From Cyanobacteria bacterium P01_A01_bin.123 (GTDB lineage: Bacteria; Cyanobacteriota; Cyanobacteriia; Phormidesmidales; Phormidesmidaceae): DNA of 64,000 bases. This document shows positions 48,977 through 58,803 of this stretch, piece after piece. The stretch lies in NCBI GenBank assembly GCA_039815185.1, contig JBCBZT010000008.1, forward strand, positions 1 to 64,000, written 5' to 3'. The translations under genes were made by a program, and so were the position numbers. The notes under the pieces are model-generated. The model did no database searches and was not told the DNA's origin. It saw only the letters and a program-made list of their open reading frames with translations. Each line of letters opens with the position of its first letter. Position 1 is the first letter of the stretch.

Positions 48977-51436
48977 CTACAGTAGTTTTTCAACCACTGT
49001 TGCAGCAAGGGACTGCCCGAAGTATTCCACGCTAACCTGAGTGCCCGATGTGGTGTAGCCCAAGGGCAGATAGGCATAAACCACACAGCGCCCTAGGCTG
49101 TAGCCATATCCTGCACTGGTGGCATACCCCAACACCTTGCCGTCCTGGGCCAAGACAGGTTCCTTGCCCATGACCACAGCGGTTGGATCATCCAAAGTCA
49201 AAAAGCAGAGCTTGCGACTGGCGTATTCCTGCCGACGCAGCAGCGCGTCTTTGCCAATGAAATCTCCTTGATTCGGCCTGACGGCAAAGCCTAAGCCTGC
49301 TTCATAAGGGTCATACTCGGTGTGAATATCGCTACCCCAAAGCAAAAAGCCTTTCTCTAACCGCAGGGTTTCAAACGCGCCTAACCCAGCGGCGATTATG
49401 CCGTGTTCCTGACCTGCTGCCCATAGCAAATCCCAAAGCTTCAGGCCAGATTCAGTTGGGGCATAGATTTCCCAGCCTGCTTCACCCACGTAAGACACGC
49501 GGGAGGCCACGACCGGAATATTGCCGATGTAGAACTGCTGGTTAGTAAAGAATTTGAACGCGGGTTTCGAGACATCGATTTGCACCAGGGACTGCAACAC
49601 CGCCGGAGCCTGTGGCCCCCATAACCCGACACAGCAATAGCTGGAAGACACATCAGCAATCTGCACCGATCCATCGGTCGGTAAATGAGTTCGCATCCAG
49701 GCCAGATCGTGGCCATGAACTGAACCGCCCGTGATCACCCAATATTTTTCAGGCCCCAATCGGCTTACTGTGAGGTCACACATGATGCCCCCATTGGCAT
49801 CTAGCATGGCGGTGTAGATCACTTTGCCCACTGGCTTATCCACGTTGTTGGCGCAGAGATTTTGCAAATAGGCGACTACACCAGGGCCGGTCACCTCAAA
49901 TTTGGCAAAGGGGGTGAGGTCGTAGAGCGCCACGCGATCGCGAGTGGCCAAATGCTCCGCCCCTTGAATCGGTGACCAGTTTCTAGCTTCCCAACCCTGA
50001 CGCTCAGGAATGGCATATTCCTCCAAAAGCTGGGCATTGGCTTCAAACCATTGGGGTCGCTCCCAGCCAGCACTAAAGACAAACTGTGCCCCCAGTGCTT
50101 GCAGGCGGGGATAAAACGGACTGACCCGCAACCCCCGTGAATGGGTTTGCTGATCAAGCGGGTGAATGATGTCGTATACCTCGTCATACTGTTGCGCCCC
50201 GGCTTTGAGGATGTAATCCGCACTTCTGCAAACCTCCGAAAAGCGGTGAATATCCATTTCATGGAGGTCAAAGCTGGGCACCCCCGTCGTCATCAGTTCT
50301 GCAACGACTTTGCCCACACCGCCCCCGTGGGTCACCCAAACGGCTTCTGCCACCCAAAATCCTTTAGCCCTAGGCGATTCCCCAATCACTGACCCACTGT
50401 CAGGTGTGAAGGAAAACATGCCGTTGATTTTGTAGGGCAGTTCTGCATCGGCCAGAGTGGGAAACAAGGCTTTGGTTGATTCCCAGGCAGCGGTGAAATG
50501 TTCTTCGGTAAAAGGCTTCACCGAGGGCATCACGGGGGCTTCTGCAAACGGCAAAATGTTGTCCGGGTCCACGAGTAAAGGCTCATGCTGATAAGACCCA
50601 ATCCCCCAACAGTCTCCATGCTGCCGGAAGTACATGGCGTGATCTTGATGGCGCACAATGGGCTGCACGACCTCATCCGTCGCGCCCGCTAATTCTGCAA
50701 TCGGGCCAGTTTTCACATACTGATGCTGCACAGGCGTCAGGGGAATAATCTCCCCAACCATGCGACCCACACGCGGCCCCCAGATACCAGCACACACCAA
50801 TACCTTTTCGGTTTCGATGCGGCCTTGATCAGTGACAACCGCGTTTACCTGACCGTTAACCACCTCAATGTCCATCACGGTGGTATGGCCGTAAAATTCA
50901 GCAGCCCCAGCTTCTTTGGCCTCCGTTGCCATTGCCTCCGCCGCTCGTAAAGCTTTAGCAATTCCATCCGTTGGCACATAGTAGGCCCCGAGAATCTGAG
51001 TCTGATCAATCAGCGGCACTTTTGCTTTGACTTCCGAGGGTGTCAGCAAACAAGCGCCTTCAATCCCCCAAGACTTAGCCCAACCCAACTTGCGCTTGAG
51101 TTCTTGCATGCGGGCTTCGGTGTAAGCGACTTCAATGCCGCCCACCGGATAAAACGCTGGGCCTGCTTCGGTGCTCAGTTGGCTGTACAGCTCAACGGTG
51201 TACTTTGCCAATTGGGTCATGGTCTTAGAAGGATTGGTCTGGAAGATCAAGCCCGGTGCGTGGGAAGTTGAACCACCCGTCGCAAACAATGGCCCTTGCT
51301 CAACCACCACGATATTCTTCCAGCCCAGTTTTGCCAGGTGATACGCCGTGCTACAGCCGACAATGCCCGCACCAATCACAACAACAGCCGCGTCGGTCTT
51401 CATGGATAGTTTCTCCGCTTGGGTAAGTGTGGACAA
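48977..51436 (-). CDS. Dimethylglycine oxidase/dehydrogenase (FAD domain plus GcvT folate-binding domain)
   Basis: GAGIVG, GGSTSHAPGLIFQTNPSKTM (flavinylated-His motif as recalled for Arthrobacter DMGO), AVWVTH, SYVGEAGWE, LRLEKG; start may be ATG 51403. Confidence 0.85.
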   Translation of the reverse strand: MSTLTQAEKLSMKTDAAVVVIGAGIVGCSTAYHLAKLGWKNIVVVEQGPLFATGGSTSHAPGLIFQTNPSKTMTQLAKYTVELYSQLSTEAGPAFYPVGGIEVAYTEARMQELKRKLGWAKSWGIEGACLLTPSEVKAKVPLIDQTQILGAYYVPTDGIAKALRAAEAMATEAKEAGAAEFYGHTTVMDIEVVNGQVNAVVTDQGRIETEKVLVCAGIWGPRVGRMVGEIIPLTPVQHQYVKTGPIAELAGATDEVVQPIVRHQDHAMYFRQHGDCWGIGSYQHEPLLVDPDNILPFAEAPVMPSVKPFTEEHFTAAWESTKALFPTLADAELPYKINGMFSFTPDSGSVIGESPRAKGFWVAEAVWVTHGGGVGKVVAELMTTGVPSFDLHEMDIHRFSEVCRSADYILKAGAQQYDEVYDIIHPLDQQTHSRGLRVSPFYPRLQALGAQFVFSAGWERPQWFEANAQLLEEYAIPERQGWEARNWSPIQGAEHLATRDRVALYDLTPFAKFEVTGPGVVAYLQNLCANNVDKPVGKVIYTAMLDANGGIMCDLTVSRLGPEKYWVITGGSVHGHDLAWMRTHLPTDGSVQIADVSSSYCCVGLWGPQAPAVLQSLVQIDVSKPAFKFFTNQQFYIGNIPVVASRVSYVGEAGWEIYAPTESGLKLWDLLWAAGQEHGIIAAGLGAFETLRLEKGFLLWGSDIHTEYDPYEAGLGFAVRPNQGDFIGKDALLRRQEYASRKLCFLTLDDPTAVVMGKEPVLAQDGKVLGYATSAGYGYSLGRCVVYAYLPLGYTTSGTQVSVEYFGQSLAATVVEKLL

Positions 51437-51465
51437 CGAATCAGGATGAGGTTGGGATAGCGAAA

Positions 51466-51590
51466 GGGGCAGGGGAAGCAGGGGAGGTAAGGGAAGCGAA
51501 AGAAAAAGAAGTAAATGAGCGGTTGGTTAAACACCTTAGCTAAGACCCAATCCTGCTTTTCTCCCCCTGCTCCCCTGGCTTCCCCCGCAC
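51466..51590. repeat. Inverted purine/pyrimidine short tandem repeats (STRR-like)
   Basis: GGGGCAGGGGAAGCAGGGGAGG ... CTCCCCCTGCTCCCCTGGCTTCCCC. Confidence 0.55.
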
Positions 51591-51591
51591 T

Positions 51592-51626
51592 CAGATCCCA
51601 GGGTTCTTCGAGAACCCTGGGATCTG
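51592..51626. repeat. Perfect hairpin, cyanobacterial dispersed palindrome
   Basis: CAGATCCCAGGGTTCT-TCG-AGAACCCTGGGATCTG. Confidence 0.8.
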
Positions 51627-51630
51627 GGCC

Positions 51631-52890
51631 TCACGAATCAACTGCCTGGGCAATCTTTTGCTGGAAGCGATAAACGGTTTGCTCCAACGCTGGTGAAAAG
51701 CAGCCGCCGTCGAAGCCATAGGACTTACGTCCCACCTGCATGCGTTCGATCATGTCGATGTCTTCGTCATTGGTGACTTTCCACAAATCGATGGGGAGGT
51801 GACGTAGGGCTTCATTCTCCGGCGTCATCGCATCATCACCCACGAAATAGAACACCATGCGTTCTGCCGCTTGCTCGGGCTTGAGGGGATTGACCATAAA
51901 CACCAGAAAATAATCGGGGTGAACACCCAACATCAAGTTGGGAAAAACCGTGATGTATTCGGCGACGGTCTGCTTGCCTATGGCCTCCAAATTAGGAAAG
52001 GTGGGTAGGGAACGTCCGTCTACCACACCACTTTTGTAAAGCAAACTGCCCTGACCCACATGGATATCGCCGACGTCAAACCCAAAGTGGTCTTCCATGC
52101 GAGAGCAGCCATTTAGAGCCGGATGCACCCAGCTCAGGTGATAGCTTTCAGAAAAGTTTTCGACTGCCAGTTTCCAGTTGGCGTTGCATTGCAGATTAAC
52201 TTCTCTAGATTCACGCCGCAGCAGACTAAAGTCGTAGCCTGACCAGCGCTCAATCGCAGGCTTTAGGTATTCCGCCAGGGGTGGGGCGTCGCCAGATAGA
52301 TTAACAAAGACTAAATCTAGCCATTGTTCACAGCGAATGGAAATGAGCCCTTTGCTGGCCCGATCAAAGCCGGGATAAGCGTCTTTGTAATAGCCGCCGA
52401 AGTGGGGCGTACTTTTCAGCGTACCGTCTAGCTTGTACGTCCAGGAATGATAGGGGCAGCGGAGGTTGCCTTGCACATTGCACGGCTGATCAACCAACTG
52501 TAAGCCTCGGTGGCGACAAACATTGTGGAACGCTCGCAGCTGATGCTGATCGCGATCGCCTGTTTGAGCTGATCGACGACCCTCGCGTACCAGCACAATC
52601 GGCATACCTGCCACTTCGGTGGGATAAACATCGCCGGGATTAGGCACATCCGATGCCAAGCCGACACAGACCCAATAGTTGCTAAAAACCGTTTGGCGTT
52701 CTCGTTCGAGATACCTGGAACTGGTGTAAGCATCTGCTGATAAACCACGCTGTTGATAAGGCGCGAGGTCAATGATTGAAGCCCCTAAACGTGACTCCGG
52801 CGTCTGGAGCCCCAGAGGAGTACTTACGAGAGGACTACTCACTAGAGATGCTGCACTGGATTGGGAGGTAACTGCATTTTCCTGGGTCAT
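51631..52890 (-). CDS. Rieske non-heme iron oxygenase alpha subunit (quaternary-amine type)
   Basis: Rieske CRH...CPYH, NWKLAVENFSESYH...VH mononuclear site, EDIDMIERMQ. Confidence 0.9.
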   Translation of the reverse strand: MTQENAVTSQSSAASLVSSPLVSTPLGLQTPESRLGASIIDLAPYQQRGLSADAYTSSRYLERERQTVFSNYWVCVGLASDVPNPGDVYPTEVAGMPIVLVREGRRSAQTGDRDQHQLRAFHNVCRHRGLQLVDQPCNVQGNLRCPYHSWTYKLDGTLKSTPHFGGYYKDAYPGFDRASKGLISIRCEQWLDLVFVNLSGDAPPLAEYLKPAIERWSGYDFSLLRRESREVNLQCNANWKLAVENFSESYHLSWVHPALNGCSRMEDHFGFDVGDIHVGQGSLLYKSGVVDGRSLPTFPNLEAIGKQTVAEYITVFPNLMLGVHPDYFLVFMVNPLKPEQAAERMVFYFVGDDAMTPENEALRHLPIDLWKVTNDEDIDMIERMQVGRKSYGFDGGCFSPALEQTVYRFQQKIAQAVDS

Positions 52891-53002
52891 ACGCCGCCTC
52901 ATGGGTCGTGAACCTAATGACTGGGATAGATTAATTTGATGGGTAATCGGTCTGAACTTTGGCTCCGACAGGCGAAAGTTCAGAAGAAATAGAACACTTA
53001 TA

Positions 53003-53020
53003 AACTTGTAATTACAAGTT
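53003..53020. promoter_or_regulatory. HutC/GntR-type operator
   Basis: Perfect palindrome AACTTGTAATTACAAGTT (TGTA-N2-TACA core); partial copy near 53317. Confidence 0.7.
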
Positions 53021-53668
53021 CTGAATCTAGACAATAAAATCTGTCTCTACTTAAAAATTGTTTCCTGTTTGACAATTTTTAGATCTTTTCCAGAATTTTT
53101 CTGACATTTGGCATACATCCGGAGTGTCGCCCTGGATCGACCCGTCAGCAAGCATTTCAAGGCATCAAAGCAGGATAATCTACTGGCTTATTGCCAGATA
53201 ACCAGATCCTTTGAAGAGTCCATGGAGTCAGGTTTCTAAATATTTCTGGGTGGTATAGAAAAGTTCAAGATTTACTTGACCGCCAGCCCTTATTATCAGG
53301 GAATGCTGAAATTTAAAACTTGTAGTAACAGCTGTATATCTGAAGACAGAAGTCCCTTTCCGTTCAATTTATCTTTGTGTTCTAAAGTTGCATTTGAAGT
53401 TCTCGATGTGCTGTGCTAACGAGGTTTCAAAACAACGGCAGTTATAGCGAAGTAAATTCAGTTATTCATGCTTTTGTTAGCTCAAGTGCCTATAAACCTT
53501 GTCCAGGTTCGGACTTGTTAGATATGAAGCGTTTTGGTAGTTGTCGCTACTTGAGTAAGGGTTGATGATCCCGAGTCTGCACGTTATTGAAGCGAACAGT
53601 ATTGAAGCAAAAAGTTGTTTTGTCGGAGCGTACGATTATGTGCGCTGTTTTTGGAGTAAACGTTACCT

Positions 53669-55339
53669 ATGACTCATGAAGACCCTAGTGTTAAGGGGCA
53701 GGAACCTTTTCTGCCGCCCGTAGGCCGTCCTCGAAGCCAACGCCAACCCGGCGATCGCAATATGGCGGGTTATGGCTTTGATTTCCATCCGGAAGTCTTT
53801 TTGGTCTCCGCCGGACTGATTTTTCTGTTTGTCGTAATGACGCTGATTTTTCGAGAACCCGCTGAGACCGCATTTGGTAATATCCAAAGCTTCATTGCCA
53901 ATGCCATGGGTTGGTTTTTCATTCTGGCAGTCAGCATTTATCTCGGGGTTGCCGTTATTTTGGCCTTTAGTAAGTTTGGTAAAATCCGCCTGGGTGGGCA
54001 AAATGCCAAGCCTGAGTTTCCAACTTTTGCCTGGGTTGCCATGCTGATCAGCGCGGGCATGGGGATTGGGCTAATGTTCTGGAGTGTTGCCGAACCGATC
54101 TACCACTTTCAGGATCCTCCAGCTCTGATTGGCACGATTGAACCCCTGTCTCGGGAGGCAGCTCAGCAAGCTTTAGGCATTACTTATTTCCACTGGGGCT
54201 TACATGCGTGGGGAATTTATGCGCTAGTCGGCCTCGCGCTGGGCTTTTTTGCCTACAACTGGGGATTACCGCTGACGATTCGCTCGGTGTTTTATCCCAT
54301 CCTGGGCGATCGCATTTATGGCTGGCCCGGCAACATGATTGATATTTTGGCCGTTGCCTCTACGCTGTTTGGGTTGGCGACCTCCCTAGGATTTGGGGTA
54401 CAGCAGGTCAATGCTGGGTTTAACTTTTTAATGGGGTTACCAGTGAGTGTCCCCATTCAGGTCGGGCTAATTGCCATCATTACTGGGTTTGCAACAGCTT
54501 CTGTCGTGTCTGGGTTAGATGCGGGTGTGCGCCGTCTCAGCGAACTCAACATGATTTTGGCGGCTGTCTTTATGGGGTTTGTGTTGCTGGTGGGGCCGAC
54601 CCTGTTTGTTTTGGGGTCTTTTGTTGAAACGGTGGGCTACTATACTGCTTCTCTACCTACCCTCAGCTTTTGGACTGAAACCTTTGACGGCACAACCTGG
54701 CAGAACGGCTGGACTGTATTTTATTGGGGCTGGTGGATTTCCTGGTCTCCTTTTGTGGGTATCTTTATTGCCCGTGTTTCTAAAGGTCGCACCGTTCGGG
54801 AATTCATTTTGGGTGTGCTGCTGTTGCCGACCCTGCTAACGTTTCTGTGGATGTCGGTGTTTGGCGGGACTGCCCTGTCTATGGAACTCGGTGAGTCCCA
54901 GGGGTTGATCAGTGGAGCTGTGGGCGAGAATGTGGCGACAGCCCTGTTTGTCATGTTGCAGCAGCTACCCCTGACTGGGATTACTTCTTTTGTCGGCATT
55001 GTGTTGGTTGTCGTGTTCTTTGTGACGTCCTCTGACTCAGGCTCTTTGGTGGTTGACAGTCTGACCTCTGGCGGCAAGCTCGAATCTCCAGTGACTCAGC
55101 GCGTCTTTTGGGCGGTGATGGAGGGGGTTATCGCGGCAGTGCTGTTGTTAGGAGGTGGCTTACAGGCGCTCCAAACAGCCTCTATCGCCACCGGACTGCC
55201 CTTCGCAATTGTGTTGTTGGTGATGTGTTACAGCCTATATCGGGGGCTAAGTCAAGAGCTAGCTATGCTTGAGGCTCAAGCTTTACAGCGTACTGAAACG
55301 CTTCCTGACGCGATACCTGAAGAAGCGATCGCCCGATAA
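53669..55339 (+). CDS. BCCT family transporter (BetP/OpuD-like)
   Basis: AGMGIG, FHWGLHAW, WTVFYWGWWISWSPFVG, SKGRTVREF, TSSDSG. Confidence 0.95.
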   Translation: MTHEDPSVKGQEPFLPPVGRPRSQRQPGDRNMAGYGFDFHPEVFLVSAGLIFLFVVMTLIFREPAETAFGNIQSFIANAMGWFFILAVSIYLGVAVILAFSKFGKIRLGGQNAKPEFPTFAWVAMLISAGMGIGLMFWSVAEPIYHFQDPPALIGTIEPLSREAAQQALGITYFHWGLHAWGIYALVGLALGFFAYNWGLPLTIRSVFYPILGDRIYGWPGNMIDILAVASTLFGLATSLGFGVQQVNAGFNFLMGLPVSVPIQVGLIAIITGFATASVVSGLDAGVRRLSELNMILAAVFMGFVLLVGPTLFVLGSFVETVGYYTASLPTLSFWTETFDGTTWQNGWTVFYWGWWISWSPFVGIFIARVSKGRTVREFILGVLLLPTLLTFLWMSVFGGTALSMELGESQGLISGAVGENVATALFVMLQQLPLTGITSFVGIVLVVVFFVTSSDSGSLVVDSLTSGGKLESPVTQRVFWAVMEGVIAAVLLLGGGLQALQTASIATGLPFAIVLLVMCYSLYRGLSQELAMLEAQALQRTETLPDAIPEEAIAR

Positions 55340-55358
55340 CCTAAAAGCCCGATAGCCT

Positions 55359-55391
55359 AGAAACCGGGTTTCTTGAAGAAACCCGGTTTCT
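55359..55391. repeat. Perfect hairpin, cyanobacterial dispersed palindrome
   Basis: AGAAACCGGGTTTCTT-G-AAGAAACCCGGTTTCT. Confidence 0.8.
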
Positions 55392-55423
55392 GAGACAGTT
55401 TTCACAAGAAACATAACGGAACT

Positions 55424-56581
55424 ATGGTGCAACATTTTGATGCCATCGTGATTGGTGCGGGGGGCGTCGGCAGTGCGGCTGCTTACTACCTTGCCAAAGC
55501 GGGTCAGCGCGTCCTGCTGCTAGAGCAGTTTGAACTCAACCACCAAAATGGCAGTTCCTACGGCTACTCCCGTGTCATCCGCTATACCTACGACAATCCT
55601 ATCTATATCAACTTGATGCGGGATGCCTATCCCCTCTGGTTTGCGCTACAAGCAGAAGCGGGAGAACAGCTCTATGTCAAAACGGGTGGGTTAGACTTTG
55701 GGTTCCCTGATGTGGATACCTTCCAGGCGCTTAAGGCCAGTATGGATGAAGCTAGGTTGGACTACGAATATCTAACCCAACATGAAATTCACCAGCGCTA
55801 CCCTCAGTTTGCCTTGAAAGACGGGATGGCAGGCTTGTTTCAAGCGGATGCGGGGTTACTGCGAACGTCGCGCTGCGTCTTAGCCCATGTGCGCTTAGCC
55901 CAAGAACGGGGCGCAACGGTGCTCGATCAAACGCCAGTGGTGAAGGTGACGCCAGTGGTAAACGGGGTTGAAGTGCAGACGGCTAAAGAGACCTTCACTG
56001 GCGATCGCATTGTGTTGACCGCAGGCAGTTGGGCCAAGGGACTCTTAGCAGAGCAGGGCATCGACTTACCGCTAAAAGTTATGCCCTGCCAGCTAGGCTT
56101 CTACCAGCCCGATCAGCCTGCGAATTTTGAACCGGGCACGATGCCAGTCTTCTTCGCCCACATGAACGACGACTACGGCGAAATGCCCTACGGCATCCCC
56201 CACGAAGATCCCAGCATCGGCTTTAAAATCACCACCTTCTATGGTTGGGACACGGTGAATGCCCCCAGCGAGGTAGACTATACCCCCAGCCAAGACTGGA
56301 CAGAGCGGATTCGTAATTTTGCCCGCGAGTATATTCCAGGGGCGGCTGGGCCGCTGATTAGCACCCGCCGCTGCCTCTACACTCTGACGCCCGACAAACA
56401 TTTCATTGTCGATCAACACCCCAGCTATCCCCATGTGGTGATTGGGGCTGGCTTTTCTGGCCATGGGTTCAAGTTCACGACGCTGACGGGCAAAATGCTG
56501 GCCGATCTAGCAATGAATGGCAGCACCCCCCACGACACTAGCTTGTTTAAAGTCGCCCGGTTTCAGCCTGTTGAGGTGTAA
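55424..56581 (+). CDS. Monomeric sarcosine oxidase / N-methyl-amino-acid oxidase (SolA-like)
   Basis: GAGGVG, GSSYGYSRVIR, CLYT (FAD-linked Cys position), GFSGHGFKF. Confidence 0.88.
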   Translation: MVQHFDAIVIGAGGVGSAAAYYLAKAGQRVLLLEQFELNHQNGSSYGYSRVIRYTYDNPIYINLMRDAYPLWFALQAEAGEQLYVKTGGLDFGFPDVDTFQALKASMDEARLDYEYLTQHEIHQRYPQFALKDGMAGLFQADAGLLRTSRCVLAHVRLAQERGATVLDQTPVVKVTPVVNGVEVQTAKETFTGDRIVLTAGSWAKGLLAEQGIDLPLKVMPCQLGFYQPDQPANFEPGTMPVFFAHMNDDYGEMPYGIPHEDPSIGFKITTFYGWDTVNAPSEVDYTPSQDWTERIRNFAREYIPGAAGPLISTRRCLYTLTPDKHFIVDQHPSYPHVVIGAGFSGHGFKFTTLTGKMLADLAMNGSTPHDTSLFKVARFQPVEV

Positions 56582-56659
56582 CCCTTATCCACTTTGTACA
56601 GTCGATTTCCGGAGGGAATGCTCTGTTTGCCGATAGGATAAACATGAGTAATAGCAAGC

Positions 56660-57421
56660 ATGACGTCATCTTTTATGGTTCCGAGTGAGCCAAGCACCAC
56701 CGCTAAGCAACCCCTGCATATCGTTATCTCAGAGAAGCTCAAGGCCCAAATCGAGGCAGGCCAGTATAAGCCAGGGCAGCGTTTACCCAGTGAATATGAT
56801 TTGGGAGAAAAATTTGGCGTGAGTCGCACCACCATTCGACGAGCAGTTGCCAACCTGATTCAGCAAGGGCTAGTGACCACCCAACAAGGGAAGGGGATCT
56901 TTGTCAGCGATCGCCGCAAGATCAGCTTCCCTATGTCTAACCCACTGATGCAGTTTGATGTGGTTCTGAGGGAGCAGGGGTATGCGGGGCGAATTCATTC
57001 GTTGCGGTTTCAGCTGACCAGCGCCCCCGCTGATGTGGCGTGCAAACTCAAGTTGCCGAGCCAAACAGCCCAAGTCTACTGGCAAGAAAAAATCATCTAC
57101 GCTGACGATGCTCCCATTGGTCTAGAAGTGGATTATTTCCCTGAGGCATTGGGGCATTCTTTAACCGATCAACTGCAACAGGGATTTACTTACAGCACTT
57201 TGGCGATGAATGGAATGACGCTCAATGCGGCCAAGGTGAGTTTGGAAAGTGTGCCTGCAAACTATGAACTGAGTGAGTATTTAGCGGTCCCGCTGGGCAT
57301 GCCGCTGCTGGTGTTTAACTATGTGATGTATTGGGGTAAACATGCCCCCGCATTTTGTGGCAAGACGTTATTCCGTTCTGACTGGACCTGCTATACGTCT
57401 GAAATCGAGATCAGTACTTAA
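56660..57421 (+). CDS. GntR family regulator, HutC/UTRA subfamily
   Basis: PGQRLPSE...FGVSRTTIRRA...QGKGIFV plus UTRA-length C-terminal domain. Confidence 0.92.
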   Translation: MTSSFMVPSEPSTTAKQPLHIVISEKLKAQIEAGQYKPGQRLPSEYDLGEKFGVSRTTIRRAVANLIQQGLVTTQQGKGIFVSDRRKISFPMSNPLMQFDVVLREQGYAGRIHSLRFQLTSAPADVACKLKLPSQTAQVYWQEKIIYADDAPIGLEVDYFPEALGHSLTDQLQQGFTYSTLAMNGMTLNAAKVSLESVPANYELSEYLAVPLGMPLLVFNYVMYWGKHAPAFCGKTLFRSDWTCYTSEIEIST

Positions 57422-57459
57422 AATGGGGCATAGCCAGGTTTATGGGAGTGTAACCCTTG

Positions 57460-58803
57460 ATGGTCGGTTCATCATCAGTGCGGGCGACGACGCTGAAGCA
57501 AGCCTTTCGGGTATGCAACTTGGGGGCGCTGACCGGGGCTGAAATCAAGCGCTACTATGTAGAACTTTCTGCCGCCCGCAGTCAAGCCGCGATCGACAAC
57601 GTCAGTACACAACTCGATTTTTTAGAACCGGGGGAACCCGCAGCGATTCTGTTCACAGGGCATCGGGGCTGTGGCAAGAGTACGGAGCTTAAGCGGATTC
57701 AGCGCCATTGGGAACTGCACTATGAAGTGATCTACATCAAGGCGACGGACGAACTCGACATCAACGACACAGACTACAAAGACATCTATCTGGTAGTGAT
57801 CCAATATGTGACGGCGGCGATTCAGGATTGGGGGCTAAAGCTAGACCCAAAGCTAGTGAAAGAATTTGAGGATTGGTTTAAGCAGATCACGGGCGAAACT
57901 GAGGAAAAAGTTGAAAGTTCTGTCAGCGTCAGCGGTGAGGTGGAGGCTGGGCAGCAGTTTCCGTTTGTGTTTAAGCTGATGGTGAAGCTGCTATCGCAAA
58001 TCAAGGGGTCGGATACGTACAAGCGCACGATTCGCGAAGACTTGCAGCAAGGTTTTTCTCGCTTGCAAGAGAATACCAATAATCTGCTCAAGGATGCCTA
58101 TGCCAAGCTGCGGGAAAAGAAACCCAACTGCAAAGGCTTTTTGATCATTTTGGATAATTTGGATCGGGTGCCACCGCAGGTGGGGGAGCATCTGTTTTTG
58201 AAATACGCCAATCAACTGCGGGAGCTGCACTGTGTGGCAATCTACACCGTGCCGATTTCGGTGATTTATTCGGGCCAGAATTACAGCAATGCTTTTGGTG
58301 AGCTAAAGATGATGCCGATGGTCAATATCTATCGCTATCAGCCTGACCAAGTGGATTTGGCATACGACTTGGCAGGGGTAAAACTGATGGCGACGTTGAT
58401 TGAGCAGCGGGTGCAGGTGGATGCATTGTTTGAAACGCCAGATTTGGTAGAAGAACTGGTGAAATTTAGCGGCGGGCATATGCGGCAACTCATGCAGCTG
58501 ATGCGCAATGCCTGCTTGACCGCCGGCACCCGAGGCCACAACAAAATCACCGCCGCCGACATTCAAGAGACGGCGAATCAAGAACGCTTTAACTTTGAAC
58601 GCAATATTCCCAGCGATCACTACCCGATTTTGGGGCAGATTTGTCGCACTAAGGAATCACCCCGCGAGCTGGAAGCACAGCAGAAGATGCAGTCTATGCT
58701 ATTTAATATCACCGTGCTGGAATACGTCACTGGCCCGAAGCGGTGGATCTATGTGAATCCCCTCGTGAGGCAAATCGATGCCCTCCAAGCCGTCCTGGAT
58801 TAA
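57460..58803 (+). CDS. P-loop ATPase (STAND/KAP-like)
   Basis: Walker A GHRGCGKST, Walker B LIILDNLDR, SGGHMRQL, VNPLV. Confidence 0.8.
   Translation: MVGSSSVRATTLKQAFRVCNLGALTGAEIKRYYVELSAARSQAAIDNVSTQLDFLEPGEPAAILFTGHRGCGKSTELKRIQRHWELHYEVIYIKATDELDINDTDYKDIYLVVIQYVTAAIQDWGLKLDPKLVKEFEDWFKQITGETEEKVESSVSVSGEVEAGQQFPFVFKLMVKLLSQIKGSDTYKRTIREDLQQGFSRLQENTNNLLKDAYAKLREKKPNCKGFLIILDNLDRVPPQVGEHLFLKYANQLRELHCVAIYTVPISVIYSGQNYSNAFGELKMMPMVNIYRYQPDQVDLAYDLAGVKLMATLIEQRVQVDALFETPDLVEELVKFSGGHMRQLMQLMRNACLTAGTRGHNKITAADIQETANQERFNFERNIPSDHYPILGQICRTKESPRELEAQQKMQSMLFNITVLEYVTGPKRWIYVNPLVRQIDALQAVLD

Noticed and set aside
51631..55339. Choline-to-betaine biosynthesis (choline monooxygenase) as the role of the cluster
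   Set aside because: No betaine aldehyde dehydrogenase in the window, the BCCT is BetP-like and the linked enzymes are degradative; less likely but not excluded
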